Assembly (NCBI GenBank): GCA_963666835.2
Contig: CAXXGO010000007.1
Span: 40,511-104,510 of the forward strand
Source: Phycisphaerae bacterium
GTDB lineage: Bacteria > Planctomycetota > Phycisphaerae > UBA1845
DNA length: 64,000 nt
Direction of reading: 5' to 3'
This document shows, piece after piece, positions 39,496 to 50,144 of the stretch. Position numbers and translations under genes: made by a program. The number at the start of each line of letters is the position of its first letter. The stretch's first letter is position 1. Under the pieces are notes generated by a model. That model did no database searches. It saw only the letters and a list, made by a program, of their open reading frames with translations, and had not been told where the DNA came from.

Positions 39496-41172
39496 CTACC
39501 GGGCTGTGGCGCGTCTCATCTCAGGCCAGCTTGTCTGGGCGTAGGAGCGTATTAGCAGGATGAACGCGATGAGTACAAGAGGGATCCCGACCCACACGGT
39601 GACCGGGTGGATCAGCAACATCACATAGTGGATCAGGGCCATCGTAGCGGGTACGAGAAAGAGCAGAATCGATCTGCCCAATTGCCCGGTCTGTTCGGAC
39701 GCGACGAACTCCTCGGAGAACGGGAAGTACCTTCCGAAAACAAGCGCCTGGAGGACGATCCCCAAGAGAGCGGCGCAGGCGGCCAGGATTATGTCATCCA
39801 GCACGCCAACACCCCACACCGCGAACGTAAGAACCGCTACCACGAAGAAAACAGGCAACGCAAAGCGGACGACCGCCACCTTGAAGGCTGCGACCAGCAC
39901 GTCGCCCGGTCGCGCGATCGGCAGAGCAAAGTAGACCCATGCGGCCTCGAGTTGGGTAGTGAAACGAAGTTGGATGATGGTAATCGGTGCCATCATGCAG
40001 ACAATATACAGCGCGAAGAGATACACTTTGCTCTCCCGGAGAGTGCCGAGTACATCGGTCGCGCCGCTGGCCGTATTGAAGACCATCACTCCGCCCATGA
40101 TCAGGCTGAACGCCACCGTCGGGTAGGTTCTCTGTTTGAATGACCGGTCTCTTCCGGTCAACTGCCAGCACAACTCGAAAGCGGCCCGCTCAGTTGCAGA
40201 CGCGGTCAGAACACGCGCGATTCTGCTCCCGATGGCCGGCCGATTGGGCCGATCGGTTGTACTCTTCTTTGCTGTCGGTCCATCGTGGAGCTTACTGAGT
40301 GCTCGGCTGAAACCCGGAGCCAACGGGCCGGCGACGACGATCAGGCATACCGCCGGAACGACAAACGCCAGGACCGAAAGCACTATCTGGACGACGCCGA
40401 CATGGCCGGTCAGCAGATCGATCGGGGCGGCAAACCACGCCGGCGGGAAGTAGTAGATCCACCACCGGTCGTCGATGGTAAGCGTCTTGAGGCTGGTGAG
40501 GCTCATTAGGCGCGGCATTACCTGGTAGCCACCGAGCATGACCAGCGTCATCCCGATTTGACAATAGAGAATGAGGTCGCGGAACCGCTCGGTGTCGGTC
40601 AGCCGCATGGCCACCAGGTAGGCCACCTGTGCCAGAAAAACGACCATGACAACCGAGCAAACCAACGTGGCCAGGAACACAACCGAGAACAAAGGGTGAT
40701 AGGCGAAGCTGCCGGCGATCATCGAGCCCGCAGAGAGGCTCAGGGCCAGCAGCGACAGGTAGGCGCTGATGTGGGCAATCCGGGCCGCCAGGAGGGTCCG
40801 GCCCGACACCGGCCGCGGGTGGAGAATCGCGACATCCGTCGTGTCCAAGAGAACGGCCGACAGATCGGCCACGAGAGACATACCCACCATCGTCATCACG
40901 AACGCGTGGATGATCGTGACTCCGGCCAGCGCCGACGGAATCTGGAACATCATCGTGCTCATGAACAGGCCCATGAAGGTGTAGAAGCACAGAGTCCAGA
41001 AGAACGTGTTTCGGGGTTTCTTCTGGCCTTCGTTTCGCATTGCGCTCATGTGCCGCCGGTTGTCCATCACCAGCCGGACTCCCAGAATGGCCCGGAACTG
41101 GTCATAGTCGACCCCGAACCTGCGAATCAGCCGCGCGAACAGATCGAAGCACCTCAAGATGAGTCTAACCAT
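39496..41172 (-). CDS. ABC-2-type permease-like membrane protein
   Basis: Many transmembrane segments; overlaps the stop of the upstream ABC ATPase; likely ATG at 41172. Confidence 0.8.
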   Translation of the reverse strand: MVRLILRCFDLFARLIRRFGVDYDQFRAILGVRLVMDNRRHMSAMRNEGQKKPRNTFFWTLCFYTFMGLFMSTMMFQIPSALAGVTIIHAFVMTMVGMSLVADLSAVLLDTTDVAILHPRPVSGRTLLAARIAHISAYLSLLALSLSAGSMIAGSFAYHPLFSVVFLATLVCSVVMVVFLAQVAYLVAMRLTDTERFRDLILYCQIGMTLVMLGGYQVMPRLMSLTSLKTLTIDDRWWIYYFPPAWFAAPIDLLTGHVGVVQIVLSVLAFVVPAVCLIVVAGPLAPGFSRALSKLHDGPTAKKSTTDRPNRPAIGSRIARVLTASATERAAFELCWQLTGRDRSFKQRTYPTVAFSLIMGGVMVFNTASGATDVLGTLRESKVYLFALYIVCMMAPITIIQLRFTTQLEAAWVYFALPIARPGDVLVAAFKVAVVRFALPVFFVVAVLTFAVWGVGVLDDIILAACAALLGIVLQALVFGRYFPFSEEFVASEQTGQLGRSILLFLVPATMALIHYVMLLIHPVTVWVGIPLVLIAFILLIRSYAQTSWPEMRRATAR

Positions 41173-41983
41173 CGCTATGCTCACCGCCTTCGATGGCTCG
41201 AATGAACCGGTTGGCCACGACGGCGTGCCCGCCTTCGCTGGTGAGCTGAGCGAATATTCGCTCGAGCGACGCCTCCTTGCTTCTGCCTTGCAACTCCTCG
41301 AACGAGCCGTCCGCCAGAATAGTGCCGTCTGAAACGATGATAATGCGGTCACAGATACGCTCGACCACGTCCATCACGTGCGAGCAATAGAAGATGGTTT
41401 TCCCCTTCGCCGCAAGCTGACCGATGATCTCCTTGACGGTCAGGGCGGAATTGGCGTCGAGGCCGGATAGTGGCTCGTCTAAAAAGAGCACATCCGGGTT
41501 GTGAATCATCCCGGCCACGATTAAGACCTTCTGCCGCATACCCTTGGAGAAGGTGGACAGACGATCATCAATACGCTCAGTCAGCTCGAACAACGACAGC
41601 ATCTCCCTGGACCGCTGTTCAATCTCGTCCGTCTCGAGGCCGTACAGACGTCCGACAAACCGAAGGTACTCCAAGGGCGTAAGTGAATCGTAGAGCGCGG
41701 CGGATTCCGGGACGTAGCCGATCCGCCGTTTAACGGCCAGGGGCTCGGTGGCCACGTCGTGTCCACACACTGAAGCCTGCCCGCCGAACCCGTCGAGCAT
41801 TCCGATGAGGATCTTCACCGTGGTCGATTTGCCCGCGCCGTTGGGGCCGATGTAGCCGAGGACCTTGCCAGGTGCTACGTCAAGATCGATCCCGCGCAGC
41901 ACAATTATCTCGCCGAACGACTTGGTCAACCCGCGCAGGCTTATGGCCGGCTCTGAAGGTGTATTGCCCATGCTTATCATCAT
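41165..41983 (-). CDS. ABC transporter ATP-binding protein
   Basis: GPNGAGKST, FSKGMRQK and FLDEP motifs. Confidence 0.95.
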   Translation of the reverse strand: MMISMGNTPSEPAISLRGLTKSFGEIIVLRGIDLDVAPGKVLGYIGPNGAGKSTTVKILIGMLDGFGGQASVCGHDVATEPLAVKRRIGYVPESAALYDSLTPLEYLRFVGRLYGLETDEIEQRSREMLSLFELTERIDDRLSTFSKGMRQKVLIVAGMIHNPDVLFLDEPLSGLDANSALTVKEIIGQLAAKGKTIFYCSHVMDVVERICDRIIIVSDGTILADGSFEELQGRSKEASLERIFAQLTSEGGHAVVANRFIRAIEGGEHSDG

Positions 41984-42336
41984 ATTGGTCCTCAACGCTG
42001 TTCGCCAAGCGGCTGCGTCAGTCTGCCGGCCATTATGCCCCGAATTGCCGTGCCGGCAGATTAGAAACCGCCCGAGTGTTTGGAATGACCGAGGCTGAGC
42101 GGCCGGTCCTTCGCAACGAGCGGGTAGGGTACGCTCCGCTCAATGGCAGTATTCTCGTTAGGCGGCCATGCGGTATCCCGTCCCGGAGGGCCGGCGGAAG
42201 ACCATTGGTCCGCACAGCGGAACCTTCTCTGCTTTCGCACGGGCAGCATCGGCCGAACACCCATGGGGCAACGGGTGGCTCTGCCCGGCTTGACAACCGG
42301 ACGGTCAATCGCAACCCTTAGCGCAGGAGATTAGAA

Positions 42337-43320
42337 ATGCGCGTACTTTCCGGAATTCAACCAAGCGGCAAGCTGCACCTGGGCAACTTCCTGGGGGCCA
42401 TGAAGCAGCACATCGAGCTGCAGCACCAGCACGAGTGCTTCTTCTTTATTGCCAATTTTCATTCCCTCACGACGGTCCAGGATCCCGACCGGCTCCGAAC
42501 GTTGACCAACGATGTGGCTCTCGACTACCTCGCTTTGGGTCTGGATCCGACCAAGGTGAACCTATTCCGCCAGAGCGATATTCCGGAGGTGACGGAACTG
42601 ACTTGGCTGCTCGCCACGGTGACCGGAAAAGGGCTCCTGGATCGGGCGACGTCCTTCAAAGACAAGATCGCCCGGGGGATCCCGCCTTCGATGGGGCTGT
42701 TCAGCTATCCGGTGCTCATGGCCGCCGACATCCTGATCTACCGCAGCGAGGTCGTTCCCGTAGGCAAGGACCAGTTGCAGCACATCGAGATGACCCAGGA
42801 CATGGCCGGGTACTTCAACAATACGTTCAAGTGCGAGGTCTTCACCCGTCCTGAGCCGAAGCTCAACGAGGCGTTCATCTGCCCGGGAATCGACGGTCAG
42901 AAGATGTCCAAAAGCTATGGGAACGCCATCAACCTATTCGATCCGCCCAAGCCGACGCGTAAGCGGATCATGACTATCAAGACCGACAGCACCCCGCTCG
43001 AGGACCCCAAAGACCCGGATACGTGCAACGTGTTTGCCCTGTATCAACTGCTGGCCAGCCCGGATGAGGTGGCCGCCATGCGCGAGCGGTACTGTGCCGG
43101 GGGCATGGGCTACGGCGAAGCGAAGAAAAGGCTCGCGGACGTCGTCGAACGCCTTTTGGGGCCGGCGCGAGAGAAACGGGAGCAGCTCGTGGCGGATCCG
43201 GATTACGTTGAAGACGTCCTGGCCTCGGGAGCGAGCCGAGCCCGCAAGATCGCTCGGGAAGTAATGGCGGCCGCCCGGGAGGCTTGCGGACTAACCACAG
43301 CAAAGGACACCCATCGTTGA
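42337..43320 (+). CDS. trpS: Tryptophanyl-tRNA synthetase
   Basis: SGIQPSGKLHLGN, YPVLMAADIL and KMSKS motifs. Confidence 0.97.
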   Translation: MRVLSGIQPSGKLHLGNFLGAMKQHIELQHQHECFFFIANFHSLTTVQDPDRLRTLTNDVALDYLALGLDPTKVNLFRQSDIPEVTELTWLLATVTGKGLLDRATSFKDKIARGIPPSMGLFSYPVLMAADILIYRSEVVPVGKDQLQHIEMTQDMAGYFNNTFKCEVFTRPEPKLNEAFICPGIDGQKMSKSYGNAINLFDPPKPTRKRIMTIKTDSTPLEDPKDPDTCNVFALYQLLASPDEVAAMRERYCAGGMGYGEAKKRLADVVERLLGPAREKREQLVADPDYVEDVLASGASRARKIAREVMAAAREACGLTTAKDTHR

Positions 43321-44438
43321 CCGACTACAAGGTGGCTTTGGAGGTCTACAACGGTCCGATGGATCTGCTTCTCTTCCTGATCAAGCGGGAAGAGATCGAC
43401 ATCCACGATATTCCCATTGCGCGGATCACGTCGCAATACCTGGCTTATGTCGACCTTCTCCGGGAGCTTGATCCGGAGGTGGTCAGCGAATTCGTAGTGC
43501 TCGCCGCGACTCTGATGGAAATCAAGTCGCGGGTGCTTCTTCCTCGCCCGCCGGTCGAGGAAGTAGAAGAGGAGATGGTCGATCCGCGGTTGGAACTGGT
43601 TCGCCAACTTCTGGAATACAAGAAATTCAAGGACGCGGCCCACTCTCTGGACGCGGCGGCCGAGGAGCGGGCTTTGAAGTTTGCCCGCCGGCCCGTCCGC
43701 CCGGAGCAGCCGGAGGACGAGGTCGAGCTGGAGAACATCGAAATCTGGGATCTGTTCGACGCGTTCAACCGGCTCCTGGAGCAAACCGGTAAGGCCCAGG
43801 CGGTCCACCGGGTCCAGGTCGACGATACCCCGATTGCCCTGCACGAAGAAGACATTCTTGATTCGATCGGGCGGGCCGGTGGGGCTCAGCCGTTTGAAGA
43901 GATCTTCGCCGGGCGGGGGCGCGGCGAGATGATCGGCCTGTTCCTCGCCCTGCTCGAGCTGGTGCGGCGGCAGCAGGTCCGCGTGAGCCAGGATTGCCCG
44001 TTCGGCAGAATCCTGATCCACCTGCGGGATCCGGATGACCCCAACGGGGAAGCCGCGCAAAACCTGTCCGATGAGTCGGCCGATCTCGATAGCGCGGAGG
44101 CATCTTCCGAATCGCAGGATTCTGCTCCCGCAGCGCCGGACGCTTCAGACGAAGATGACCCGACTCCGCCCCTGCGGGACGTCGAGAGTCGGCCTCCCTT
44201 CGATGACAGACCGGAGCACGAGCAAACGAGTTTGCCCCTGGCGACTGCGGGTGAGGACCGGGCTTCGTCCGCGCCGGATTACGAACAGATGCCGCCCGAC
44301 GGGAACGAGCTGGACTTCACCGGGCAACCGAATCGTCCCGTCCCATCCGCGGGCGGTTTTTCAGTGGACGAACAAACGAGTTCGCCCGTGCCATTTGTTG
44401 ACGGCAATGAACACCCTGGTATTGGAGCAGAGCAATGA
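43317..44438 (+). CDS. scpA: Segregation/condensation protein A with long acidic C-terminal tail
   Basis: YNGPMDLLLFLIK, LMEIKSRVLLP and FLALLEL motifs; TTG start overlapping the trpS stop. Confidence 0.88.
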   Translation: MTDYKVALEVYNGPMDLLLFLIKREEIDIHDIPIARITSQYLAYVDLLRELDPEVVSEFVVLAATLMEIKSRVLLPRPPVEEVEEEMVDPRLELVRQLLEYKKFKDAAHSLDAAAEERALKFARRPVRPEQPEDEVELENIEIWDLFDAFNRLLEQTGKAQAVHRVQVDDTPIALHEEDILDSIGRAGGAQPFEEIFAGRGRGEMIGLFLALLELVRRQQVRVSQDCPFGRILIHLRDPDDPNGEAAQNLSDESADLDSAEASSESQDSAPAAPDASDEDDPTPPLRDVESRPPFDDRPEHEQTSLPLATAGEDRASSAPDYEQMPPDGNELDFTGQPNRPVPSAGGFSVDEQTSSPVPFVDGNEHPGIGAEQ

Positions 44439-44899
44439 CCCCTAGTGAACGCCTCAAGGCTCTCGATATGGAACTCCCGGCCGTGGCCACGCCAGTGGGC
44501 AGCTACGTCCCGGCCACGCGCACCGGACATTACGTGTTTACGAGCGGGCAGCTCCCGTTTCGCGATGGTGCTTTAGTCTGTGCCGGGAAGCTCGGGGCGG
44601 ACGTAAGCGTTGAAGACGCCGGCGCTGCCGCGGCGATTGCGGCTCTGAACGGGGTGGCCGCGGCCGCGCAAGTGGCTGGCGGTCTTGATCGAATCGCTCG
44701 AGTAATCCGCGTCGGCGTCTTCGTGCAGAGTGCCCCCGGGTTCAACGATCAGCCGAAGGTAGCCAACGGAGCGAGCGATCTTCTGGTCGGCATCTTCGGC
44801 GATGCGGGCAAACACGCCCGCGCCGCGGTCGGCGTCAACGAGCTGCCGTTGAATACAGCGGTGGAAGTCGAACTGCTGTTCGAGGTAACGGACGCCTAG
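44435..44899 (+). CDS. RidA/YjgF family protein
   Basis: [22 protein letters not shown] and AVEVE motifs. Confidence 0.92.
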   Translation: MTPSERLKALDMELPAVATPVGSYVPATRTGHYVFTSGQLPFRDGALVCAGKLGADVSVEDAGAAAAIAALNGVAAAAQVAGGLDRIARVIRVGVFVQSAPGFNDQPKVANGASDLLVGIFGDAGKHARAAVGVNELPLNTAVEVELLFEVTDA

Positions 44900-45417
44900 A
44901 AGCCGGTTGGACGGCGGGCTTTGTCTCCGCTCCGAACACGGAACGCAAACCGGCGGACTCGGTAGTAACCAGCATCGCATCAGATCGGGAAACGCCGGTC
45001 CGAGTGGCGTCGGCATGTACGGCGCGGGCATCCTGCCTGCCAAGATGATTGAGTAACGCAGGCATCCTGCCCACCGGAAGGGTGCCGCCCACTGCCGGCG
45101 AGGGTAGGGCATGGTCGAGGTACGAGACCTGCCGCGGCCCTTGCGCGGCGCGCGCCATTGTGGCAACTGTCGCACCTCGACCGTGTCTACGAGGCTACGC
45201 GAGCATCCCGACCTTCACCCCTGGCTTCACCGGGCAGCGTTAAGTTCCGATAACTTAACAGAGCCGCAACGTTAGGATTCGTGACCAAATGGTGACGAAG
45301 TACCGGAGCGGTTGTGTTAAGATTACCGAGTAGCGCTCCCGACACCCAAGAGGTGCCACAGAGCCCAGGTGGAAGATAACTCGTTTCTTCGATAGTTGTA
45401 GCTGTAGGAGCATTCGG

Positions 45418-46695
45418 ATGCGCAGGACATCATTAGCCAGGCACCCGCAGCGGGGTCTGAGCGGCTTTCGCACGGTAGGCCTCGGGCTTCTGTGCGTGGC
45501 GTTATCTGCCGGGTTCGCCCTGGCTCAGTCGGGGCCGACCCCCTCCCCCAAGAAGGACAGTCCCAAAACCGAAGCCGGTGACAAGGCGGGCGAGGTCGAC
45601 AAGAAAAGCGGCTTCAGCAAGACGTCTGCACCGCGCAAGAAGACCAAGAGTCGCCGTAATCCCAACTACAAGATGGACCCCAATGCCAAGTGGTCTTGCG
45701 AGAAGAGCATCATCGAGGAACCGCCCGTCTGGCGCAACTCGGGCAAGCTGACTTTCTCCTTCCACATTCGCAACGAAGGCACCGCTGACCTGCAGATTAA
45801 AGCAGCCGGTGGGTGAGGGACGAAATTCAACGGTCGGCCTGACCGTACGATTAAGCCGGGACAAGTTGAGGAACTCGCAGTGACCCTCAGTTGTCACAAA
45901 CTTCGCAACAAGTTTACGAAGAACATCACCGTATACACGAATGACCCGACTCACAGTCTGGAGACTCTGGTCTGTAGAGGGGAGATTCTCGAAGGCGTGA
46001 AGTTCACGCCCAATCGGGTGAACTTCGGGTCGGTTTCACGGCTCGATAAAGCCCAAACCAAGACGATCACTATCACTCGTGGAGATGGAGCCCCACTCAA
46101 ACCGAAACTGCACGAGACTAACAACAAGGCCGTCACGGCCGAGCTGAAGGAGATCACCCCCGGCGAACGCTATGAGATTGCGGTCACGGCAACTCCGCCC
46201 TTCACGGAGGACCAGTTGCGGACCAACATCAGATTCGATACCGGTGTCCCCGAGGTTCCCACCACCAATATCCCGATCATGGGGCGGATGAAACCTCTGG
46301 TGGAAGCCAAACCGAGACGTTTCGTGCTGGCGGATGACAAGCAGGGGGACTGGAAGGAGACCGTCGAACTGGTGTGGGACGCTGCCACGCCGGGCAAGAT
46401 CATCGGCGCCGAGACGACGGACCCGGCCATGAGCGTCCAGGTTGACGATAAGGACGGGAAGCAGACGGTGACGCTGATGGTGCCGCGTAGCTTCGATCCA
46501 CGGATCGGAGCCCAGGCGGTCACTCTCAAGATCGAGAGTAACGAAACTCCAACGGTGAAGATCCCCATTAGCGTGGCCTCCAAACCGCGGTCCGGTGCGG
46601 ATTCGGGCCGAGCCGGGCGGAACTCCACCGGGCGCGCCAAAGCGCCGGCTCCGACGAGTGCTCATAAGGGAGGATCCCGGGGCGGACGCTGGTAG
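45418..46695 (+). CDS. Secreted DUF1573-like Ig-domain protein with in-frame TGA at 45814-45816 (candidate selenoprotein, 425 aa)
   Basis: ORFs 45418-45816 and 45880-46695 share a frame; read-through gives IRNEGTADLQIKAAGG*GTKF...IKPGQ...FTKNITVYTNDP, a continuous domain. Confidence 0.75.
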
Positions 46696-46724
46696 GGGAA
46701 CAACACGCCTGTTTCTATCCGTGC

Positions 46725-46762
46725 AAGGCCGGGCTAGCATGAGTTCCCCCGGCCTTTCTTTT
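46725..46762 (+). terminator. Possible intrinsic terminator between convergent genes
   Basis: AAGGCCGGG...CCCGGCCTT stem followed by TCTTTT; loop is large. Confidence 0.4.
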
Positions 46763-46795
46763 CAGATTGTGCGGAGAGGGTCTCTGCCGTTGGGG

Positions 46796-47902
46796 TCAGG
46801 CCTTGCCCGGAACCGGAATGGACACGACGAAGCAGGCGCCTTTGTGTGGCTCGGAGGAGACGGCAATGCTGCCGCCGACGGTCTGCACCAGACCATGCGC
46901 AATCGCCAAACCCAACCCGGTGCCTTCGGCCGAACCGGCCGACGAGGATAGCGTGCTCTTCGTACTCCAGAACGGCTCGAACGCACGGGAGATGGCCGAT
47001 TCGTCCATCCCAACTCCCGTGTCGCAGACCCGGGTAACCAGCCGGTCTCCTTCGAGGGATACCGCAACGGTCAGCTTCCCGCCGTTCGGCATGGCCTCAA
47101 CGGCGTTGCGAGCAATATTGTGCAGAGCCGTCTGCATTTGGACACGCGACGTCGGGATGATCGGAAGGCGGGGAATCTCCAGGACGAACTCGATATTGCG
47201 ACCTTCGATCATCGCATCGATGTCGTCGGCCACGTTGTAGAGGATCTCCGTGAAGTCGCTCAGGTCCTCCGTGCGATGGTCGCCCTCCGCGAATGCCAGC
47301 AGGCCGTTTACCAAAGCCGTCGCCCGATGCAGGGCCTTGCCGGTCTGTTGAAGAACGCGGTTGGTGACCGACGGAATGTTGCTCGCAAGGGCGTAATCAA
47401 CGCTGGTGATGACTCCGCCGAGGATGTTGTTGAAATGATGGGAAAGCGCCCCGGCCAGGGCTCCCAGGGAGGCCATCTTGCGGCTCTCGTTGACCTCGTT
47501 CTGCAGGTTGATCCGTTTGGTGATGTCCCGGATGCAAAGTGAGCTGCCCAGGCACGCGCCGGATTCCGATACCACCGGAGCAATATTCCCGGCCAGCTCG
47601 CGCGGGTGCCCGTCCTCGTCGCGGTGCTGAAACTCAATCATGAAGGTCGACCCGGTCATAATCGCCCGGCGGATTAGCTCTTCGGCGTTGGCCCGGCGGC
47701 CCTTCGGGATCACGGAGCTGACCGGCGTACCGATCATGCGGTCGGCAGCGGCTCCGAACATCCGGGCGGCGGCGGAGTTCCACGTTCGGATGTTCAGATC
47801 GCGATCGGTGGCGATCAGCGCCACCCCGGCCGTCTCGCACAGTTGCCGGAAGAAAGCATCCCCGCAGAAGGGGTCGGCATCGTTGTGAGGCACACGACTC
47901 AC
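46796..47902 (-). CDS. PAS-domain sensor histidine kinase
   Basis: PAS (WNSAAARMFG), H-box SHHFNNIL, N-box NIARNA, DTGVG and GTGLGL. Confidence 0.93.
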   Translation of the reverse strand: MSRVPHNDADPFCGDAFFRQLCETAGVALIATDRDLNIRTWNSAAARMFGAAADRMIGTPVSSVIPKGRRANAEELIRRAIMTGSTFMIEFQHRDEDGHPRELAGNIAPVVSESGACLGSSLCIRDITKRINLQNEVNESRKMASLGALAGALSHHFNNILGGVITSVDYALASNIPSVTNRVLQQTGKALHRATALVNGLLAFAEGDHRTEDLSDFTEILYNVADDIDAMIEGRNIEFVLEIPRLPIIPTSRVQMQTALHNIARNAVEAMPNGGKLTVAVSLEGDRLVTRVCDTGVGMDESAISRAFEPFWSTKSTLSSSAGSAEGTGLGLAIAHGLVQTVGGSIAVSSEPHKGACFVVSIPVPGKA

Positions 47903-48798
47903 TCGGCTCTCCGCATGGATCCGGGTCGATGCTGTATTATCGGCGTAATGAAGTACATCTTCTCGTGTCGTTTCCCAAGATCCTCTTCCGAGAAGAAACG
48001 GCTCCCCACGAGGAACTCCTGGTCGATTTCCGCCCCGGCACCGATGAGTACAGACTCATGCGGGTTCAGGGCGAGTACCGTCCGCAGGCTGGAGAACACG
48101 TGACGCTCGTATTCCGGAACCTCCCGCAGGATCCCACCCTCGCGTTCCCAGGTCATTCTCCCGAGGTTATGGCGGATTTCCAGACTAATCTGCAGATCCA
48201 CCCGACCGCCGAAGTCCGGATGGTAGGCGTATTCCACCGTAATCAGCTTGTCACCCGCGGTGAACGTCTTGCCCGCCAGGCGATCGCCCACCCCGTAAGC
48301 GAAGATCGACTCGCGATCGCGAATCGTGCTGACCAGAAGGGCCAGCGGCAAGCCCGCTTGGGCCTGGACCCGGTCGCGATGCACCACGGCTTCGCCGGCG
48401 CTGAGGATCGTCTTGACCGCAGGCCAGGCGTCTTCCGTCACCGCCCCCATTCGAACCCCGTTGCGGGCCAGTCTGGAAACCAACTGAGGCTCGACCCGCA
48501 GCTCGTCGATGTGGTTCCAAATCTTGCGCGAGTGCTGGATTGTATCGGCCGGAAGCTCCACCCGAATGACGTCGAACAGAAGATCCACCACCTGGATAGA
48601 GCCGGTGTGAGCGGGTAACGGCTCCGATTCTGATAAGGTCGCCGATTCAATCCGTGGTTGGGAATCTGCATCCGCCTCGTGGGGAGACGAACCCGGTCCG
48701 CCCGGACCGGACCATAAGGCCGATGGGGCGCACCCCCCGAGCAAGGAAACGCCGATCAGAGCGGCCATCGCACGATAGTAGAATCGCCGATCAATCAT
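47899..48798 (-). CDS. Hypothetical lipoprotein
   Basis: Signal peptide with LGGC lipobox; overlaps the kinase start; ATG at 48798. Confidence 0.7.
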   Translation of the reverse strand: MIDRRFYYRAMAALIGVSLLGGCAPSALWSGPGGPGSSPHEADADSQPRIESATLSESEPLPAHTGSIQVVDLLFDVIRVELPADTIQHSRKIWNHIDELRVEPQLVSRLARNGVRMGAVTEDAWPAVKTILSAGEAVVHRDRVQAQAGLPLALLVSTIRDRESIFAYGVGDRLAGKTFTAGDKLITVEYAYHPDFGGRVDLQISLEIRHNLGRMTWEREGGILREVPEYERHVFSSLRTVLALNPHESVLIGAGAEIDQEFLVGSRFFSEEDLGKRHEKMYFITPIIQHRPGSMRRAE

Positions 48799-48943
48799 GA
48801 CGCCATGCCCCCGAACATCAGTTCCAGTATACGCCGGGTGCCGCCCGGCTAACAAGCGCCGCCGGAAAAGAAGGCGGCGTTTCAATACTGCCGAGGGGGT
48901 CAAGAACCCTCCGGTTGGGCAGACAGGCAGGCACAAGCCTCGA

Positions 48944-50128
48944 TCAGGACCCGAACTCACCCTTCTCGTACACGAAGCATACCCGGCCGTCTTCAGACAA
49001 GTACAGGGCGACAGCGGCGCCGTCATCGAGCGGGCGCAGCCAGGCCGGCGCCTGCTGCCCACGGTACTCGAGTGACAGGGCAATGGCGCCGGAATCGTCG
49101 GGCTCTGCGAGATCGCGGCCGACCGCCGCGGCGCTGGGGATCCTCAATTCCACAAAGCCGACCACGTTCGTGCGGATGTCGAGCAGGCCGACCCGCGGGT
49201 CGGCGAGCGCATCCGACAGCGGGTCGGAGAAGCGTAGGGGCTGCAGTTGGGAGCGCAGCCGAAACCACACCCCGACCAACTCGCCGGCGGTCATCGCGGT
49301 TGCCCCGGTCAGGTCAAAGCGGTCGTGCGGTTGTCCGTCGAGGACCATCGACACCACCTCAGCCTCGTTGGGCAGCAGGAAGACGACGTCCACCGTTTCC
49401 CGAGAGTCGGGGGCGACCGAAAGCGAGTCTGTCGTCAAAGGAGTTAGCGGGTCGAAGTCCGTGAGAAAACTACCGAGCGGATCGAACAACTGCCCGTCAA
49501 CCAGAAGCTGCAAAGTCGGGTGGTTCGGCGGCTCTGCCTCCAGTACGATCTTCCGCGCGTCGCGACCTTTCCAAGTCAGCGCAACCGTCAGCACGGCGTA
49601 GCGCTGGTCGATCGGGGCGGCCATGAACATCCGGCGGACTCCGTCGGAGTCCCGGCGGTCGAGCAAAAAGACCTGCGATCGGACCGCAACAGAGTGGATC
49701 CACCACGCACCGCCGGCGCTCGGAAAACGGGCCGGTCGGTCGTCATCCGAGGAACCCGCAACTGCCGTCTCGACCGGAACGGTTGGGGTCTCCGGCACGA
49801 TTTCAGTTGGCGCCTCGTCGGATTCCGTCGGCTCCGAGGGTTGTTCAGCCTTAACCGGCTCCGCACCGACCGGGTCGGGTTCCGTCGCCGGGACCTTAGC
49901 CGTAGCGTCGACGATTGGTGAGCCGGAATCCGTAGACTCGCCCGGCGCGGGTATCGATACGCCGGCGGTCGGCAGTGCTGCTGAAACCACGGTACGACGG
50001 GGAGCCCAAGCCACGACCGCAACCGTGGCGGCGGCGAGAATCGCCAGCGCTGCCAGGCACAGCCCGAGCGATACGCTGAATCGGCTATCGTGGTTCATGA
50101 TCCTGCCGGCCTCCTCAATCGGCGGCAT
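48944..50128 (-). CDS. Hypothetical membrane-anchored protein with Pro/Glu/Thr-rich linker
   Basis: 394-aa ORF with N-terminal hydrophobic helix; immediately downstream of nadE. Confidence 0.7.
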   Translation of the reverse strand: MPPIEEAGRIMNHDSRFSVSLGLCLAALAILAAATVAVVAWAPRRTVVSAALPTAGVSIPAPGESTDSGSPIVDATAKVPATEPDPVGAEPVKAEQPSEPTESDEAPTEIVPETPTVPVETAVAGSSDDDRPARFPSAGGAWWIHSVAVRSQVFLLDRRDSDGVRRMFMAAPIDQRYAVLTVALTWKGRDARKIVLEAEPPNHPTLQLLVDGQLFDPLGSFLTDFDPLTPLTTDSLSVAPDSRETVDVVFLLPNEAEVVSMVLDGQPHDRFDLTGATAMTAGELVGVWFRLRSQLQPLRFSDPLSDALADPRVGLLDIRTNVVGFVELRIPSAAAVGRDLAEPDDSGAIALSLEYRGQQAPAWLRPLDDGAAVALYLSEDGRVCFVYEKGEFGS

Positions 50129-50144
50129 TCCTTCGGCCGAAAAG

